The notes under the pieces were generated by a model that searched no databases, was not told the DNA's origin, and saw only the letters and a list, made by a program, of their open reading frames with translations. This document shows positions 31,283 through 32,910 of a stretch of DNA of 32,910 nucleotides, one piece after another. Numbering within the stretch: the stretch's first letter is position 1; every line of letters begins with the position of its first letter. Both the position numbers and the translations under genes were made by a program. This DNA is from a virus (Duplodnaviria; Caudoviricetes), in the IMG/VR virus record IMGVR_UViG_3300023256_000023, positions 1 through 32,910 of that record. One strand, written 5' to 3'.

Positions 31283-32386
31283 TTAGCTTACGATGGGCTT
31301 GTGGACTACGAAACCAGCAGTACGCCTGTTGAGGCACATGTTGTTATGAGCACCATCAAGGAACACTGTGAACGTGGTGTGCTGTCCACGATCTGTCTGG
31401 GGTTCTCCCTCTTCCATCCAGTAACCATCCTGAACGTAAGGAACGAACTTTCTGAAGTCGATGTAATAAATCGGCTTGTACGGTGTGGAAGTCACAGGAT
31501 CAGTGACACCCTCAAGTTCGCTGATAAAGACAACAGGAATACGGTTGATGAACACCAGCCCACCATCATCCATAGTGAGGTTCCCAAGAACGTCTCTACC
31601 ACTGTGGTTGTCGTCCTTGGCATCAGCGAGTTCCATAAGATCAGACACGTTATCAGAATCAGTGTAGATACGCTTCGACGCTACACGCTCATCAGCCGGG
31701 TCCTTGACGAACAACGGTGCCTTAAAGTTGGTCAACAGGAACGCCTTACGCATAGTCTTGAGCAAGCTGTTGTCAATGCTGGTGTATGTGGCACCATAGT
31801 TTTTCCACTTGGCCTCGACGTTGGCGTCGATATTGGCACAGGCCGTACCAGTAGTACCGTCCTGATACCGAATAGTCTTGGCGTTAAAACCAGCCGTAGT
31901 CGCGTCTGCATCCAGGCAGTTCAGGTAGTACGGAACGCCATACGGGTACAGGTCGTCAGTTGAGTTAGTCGGTGTCTTCCAGGCACGGTCTTCGATCAGG
32001 TTCGCAAGACTCCACAGGCCGTCGATTCGACGTGTCTCCATCAGGCGGATGAAGCCCTTGGCACTGTTCATGTTGCGTTTGATCTCAAGGACGTCCCACG
32101 AATAGTGAGTACCTATCTGGGTCCACGGAACCTTGATGGTGTGCAACGTATCTGCGATGTTCGGCTCGTCGGTATCAAACATTTTGCGATAGCGGGCGTT
32201 ACCACTCTCATCGAACTGAACTACTCGCTCGATTTGCGTTCCGCCATCAATCTCCATACGTTCCGACTGGTAGATACGACTGAACTCATAGTCAGTATTA
32301 TCCCAGGTAACTTCAAAATACTGGTTGGGTAGATCAGGAAGCGTCGTAGCGATCAGATCTACCAAATCCGCGTTCTTTACAGACAT
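31283..32386 (-). CDS. Major capsid protein
   Basis: AAGGAG SD before MSVKNADL; ~367 aa; DLIATTL, IDGGTQI, VPWTQ and C-terminal CLNRRTAG motifs. Follows the scaffold-like gene. Confidence 0.8.
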   Translation of the reverse strand: MSVKNADLVDLIATTLPDLPNQYFEVTWDNTDYEFSRIYQSERMEIDGGTQIERVVQFDESGNARYRKMFDTDEPNIADTLHTIKVPWTQIGTHYSWDVLEIKRNMNSAKGFIRLMETRRIDGLWSLANLIEDRAWKTPTNSTDDLYPYGVPYYLNCLDADATTAGFNAKTIRYQDGTTGTACANIDANVEAKWKNYGATYTSIDNSLLKTMRKAFLLTNFKAPLFVKDPADERVASKRIYTDSDNVSDLMELADAKDDNHSGRDVLGNLTMDDGGLVFINRIPVVFISELEGVTDPVTSTPYKPIYYIDFRKFVPYVQDGYWMEEGEPQTDRGQHTTFTVFLDGAHNNMCLNRRTAGFVVHKPIVS

Positions 32387-32408
32387 TGTCAATTCTCCTT
32401 TTTACGCA

Positions 32409-32910
32409 TTAGCGTATTTTGGCTAAACGTTTTTCTGCTCTTGCTAAAATTTCTTTTCTGCTATCCGGCTTCCCACTGTTTTTATCTCCAACTGCACCTG
32501 ATGCTTTACGACTGTTTGACGGTCTGAACAAGTGACCTTTCTTCCGCTTTGTGGCCGTGGCCTTTAGCTTTTCTACAATCACCTGTTCACGGATGGGCTC
32601 TGTTACAAGCAGGTGTGCCGCTTCTAAAGCCTCTGCTGCCGTGAGTTCACGCCCCTGCATCCGGGCACCAGTTATCATAAGGTCAGCCTTTTCCATCACT
32701 GACCAACGGTGCTTACGCTGTGATGCAGTTAGATCGTCAGGTTCCTGATGGGCTTCGAGCACACCATAAAACTTGTCGTACGACTTCATCGTGTTGGACT
32801 GGAAGAACCCATGAATTTCACGAGTCTTTGCGTCATCGGCTGTAGCCCTTACACGCTCGTATTCCGCGTTTACATTCTTGCCCGGAGCACTAGCCATCTT
32901 ATGAACAGTC
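32409..32910 (-). CDS. Putative capsid scaffolding protein, C-terminal part (start lies outside the window)
   Basis: Charged helical ORF directly upstream of the capsid gene; the frame stays open to the window edge. Confidence 0.55.
   Translation of the reverse strand, partial: TVHKMASAPGKNVNAEYERVRATADDAKTREIHGFFQSNTMKSYDKFYGVLEAHQEPDDLTASQRKHRWSVMEKADLMITGARMQGRELTAAEALEAAHLLVTEPIREQVIVEKLKATATKRKKGHLFRPSNSRKASGAVGDKNSGKPDSRKEILARAEKRLAKIR

Noticed and set aside
31301-31963. 220-aa plus-strand ORF antisense to the capsid gene
   Set aside because: It is a typical antisense open frame caused by codon bias, with no recognisable features.
1-32910. Stop-codon reassignment, tRNA genes, integrase, terminase or portal
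   Set aside because: Genes pack tightly under the standard code with all three stops in use. No tRNA-like or integrase sequence was recognised, and the packaging genes presumably lie outside the window.

Overview
This window is part of a tailed dsDNA bacteriophage (Caudoviricetes) genome, probably podovirus-like, with two convergent arms. The + strand arm (1 to ~17470) carries early, nucleotide-metabolism and replication genes: two 18-bp hexapeptide-repeat arrays, a DUF5664-like dATP/dGTP diphosphohydrolase domain, a HAD 5'-nucleotidase, a metallophosphoesterase, a full-length RecG, a family A DNA polymerase, VRR-NUC, a Cas4/PD-(D/E)XK nuclease, a Sak4-like ATPase, a putative SSB and a TOPRIM/SF3 primase-helicase. 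The - strand arm (~17430 to 32910) is structural: scaffold, major capsid, decoration, adaptor, nozzle-like, tail fibre and internal virion proteins. The main observation is a 294-aa intein in polymerase motif B (7600-8481) with no recognisable endonuclease in its own frame. A complete HNH homing-endonuclease-like ORF is instead nested inside it in the -1 frame (open 7692-8450), so both frames are stop-free over ~760 nt, and an in-phase G_GGA_AAG slippery heptamer lies near the start of the -1 frame. Other oddities: a phage-borne RecG; an apparently split tail-nozzle locus with a duplicated 17-aa motif; a Tat-signal mini-protein carrying a copy of the capsid N-terminal motif; and a Mu GemA-like motif inside the giant virion protein. 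All family assignments come from motif recognition by eye, not database searches.
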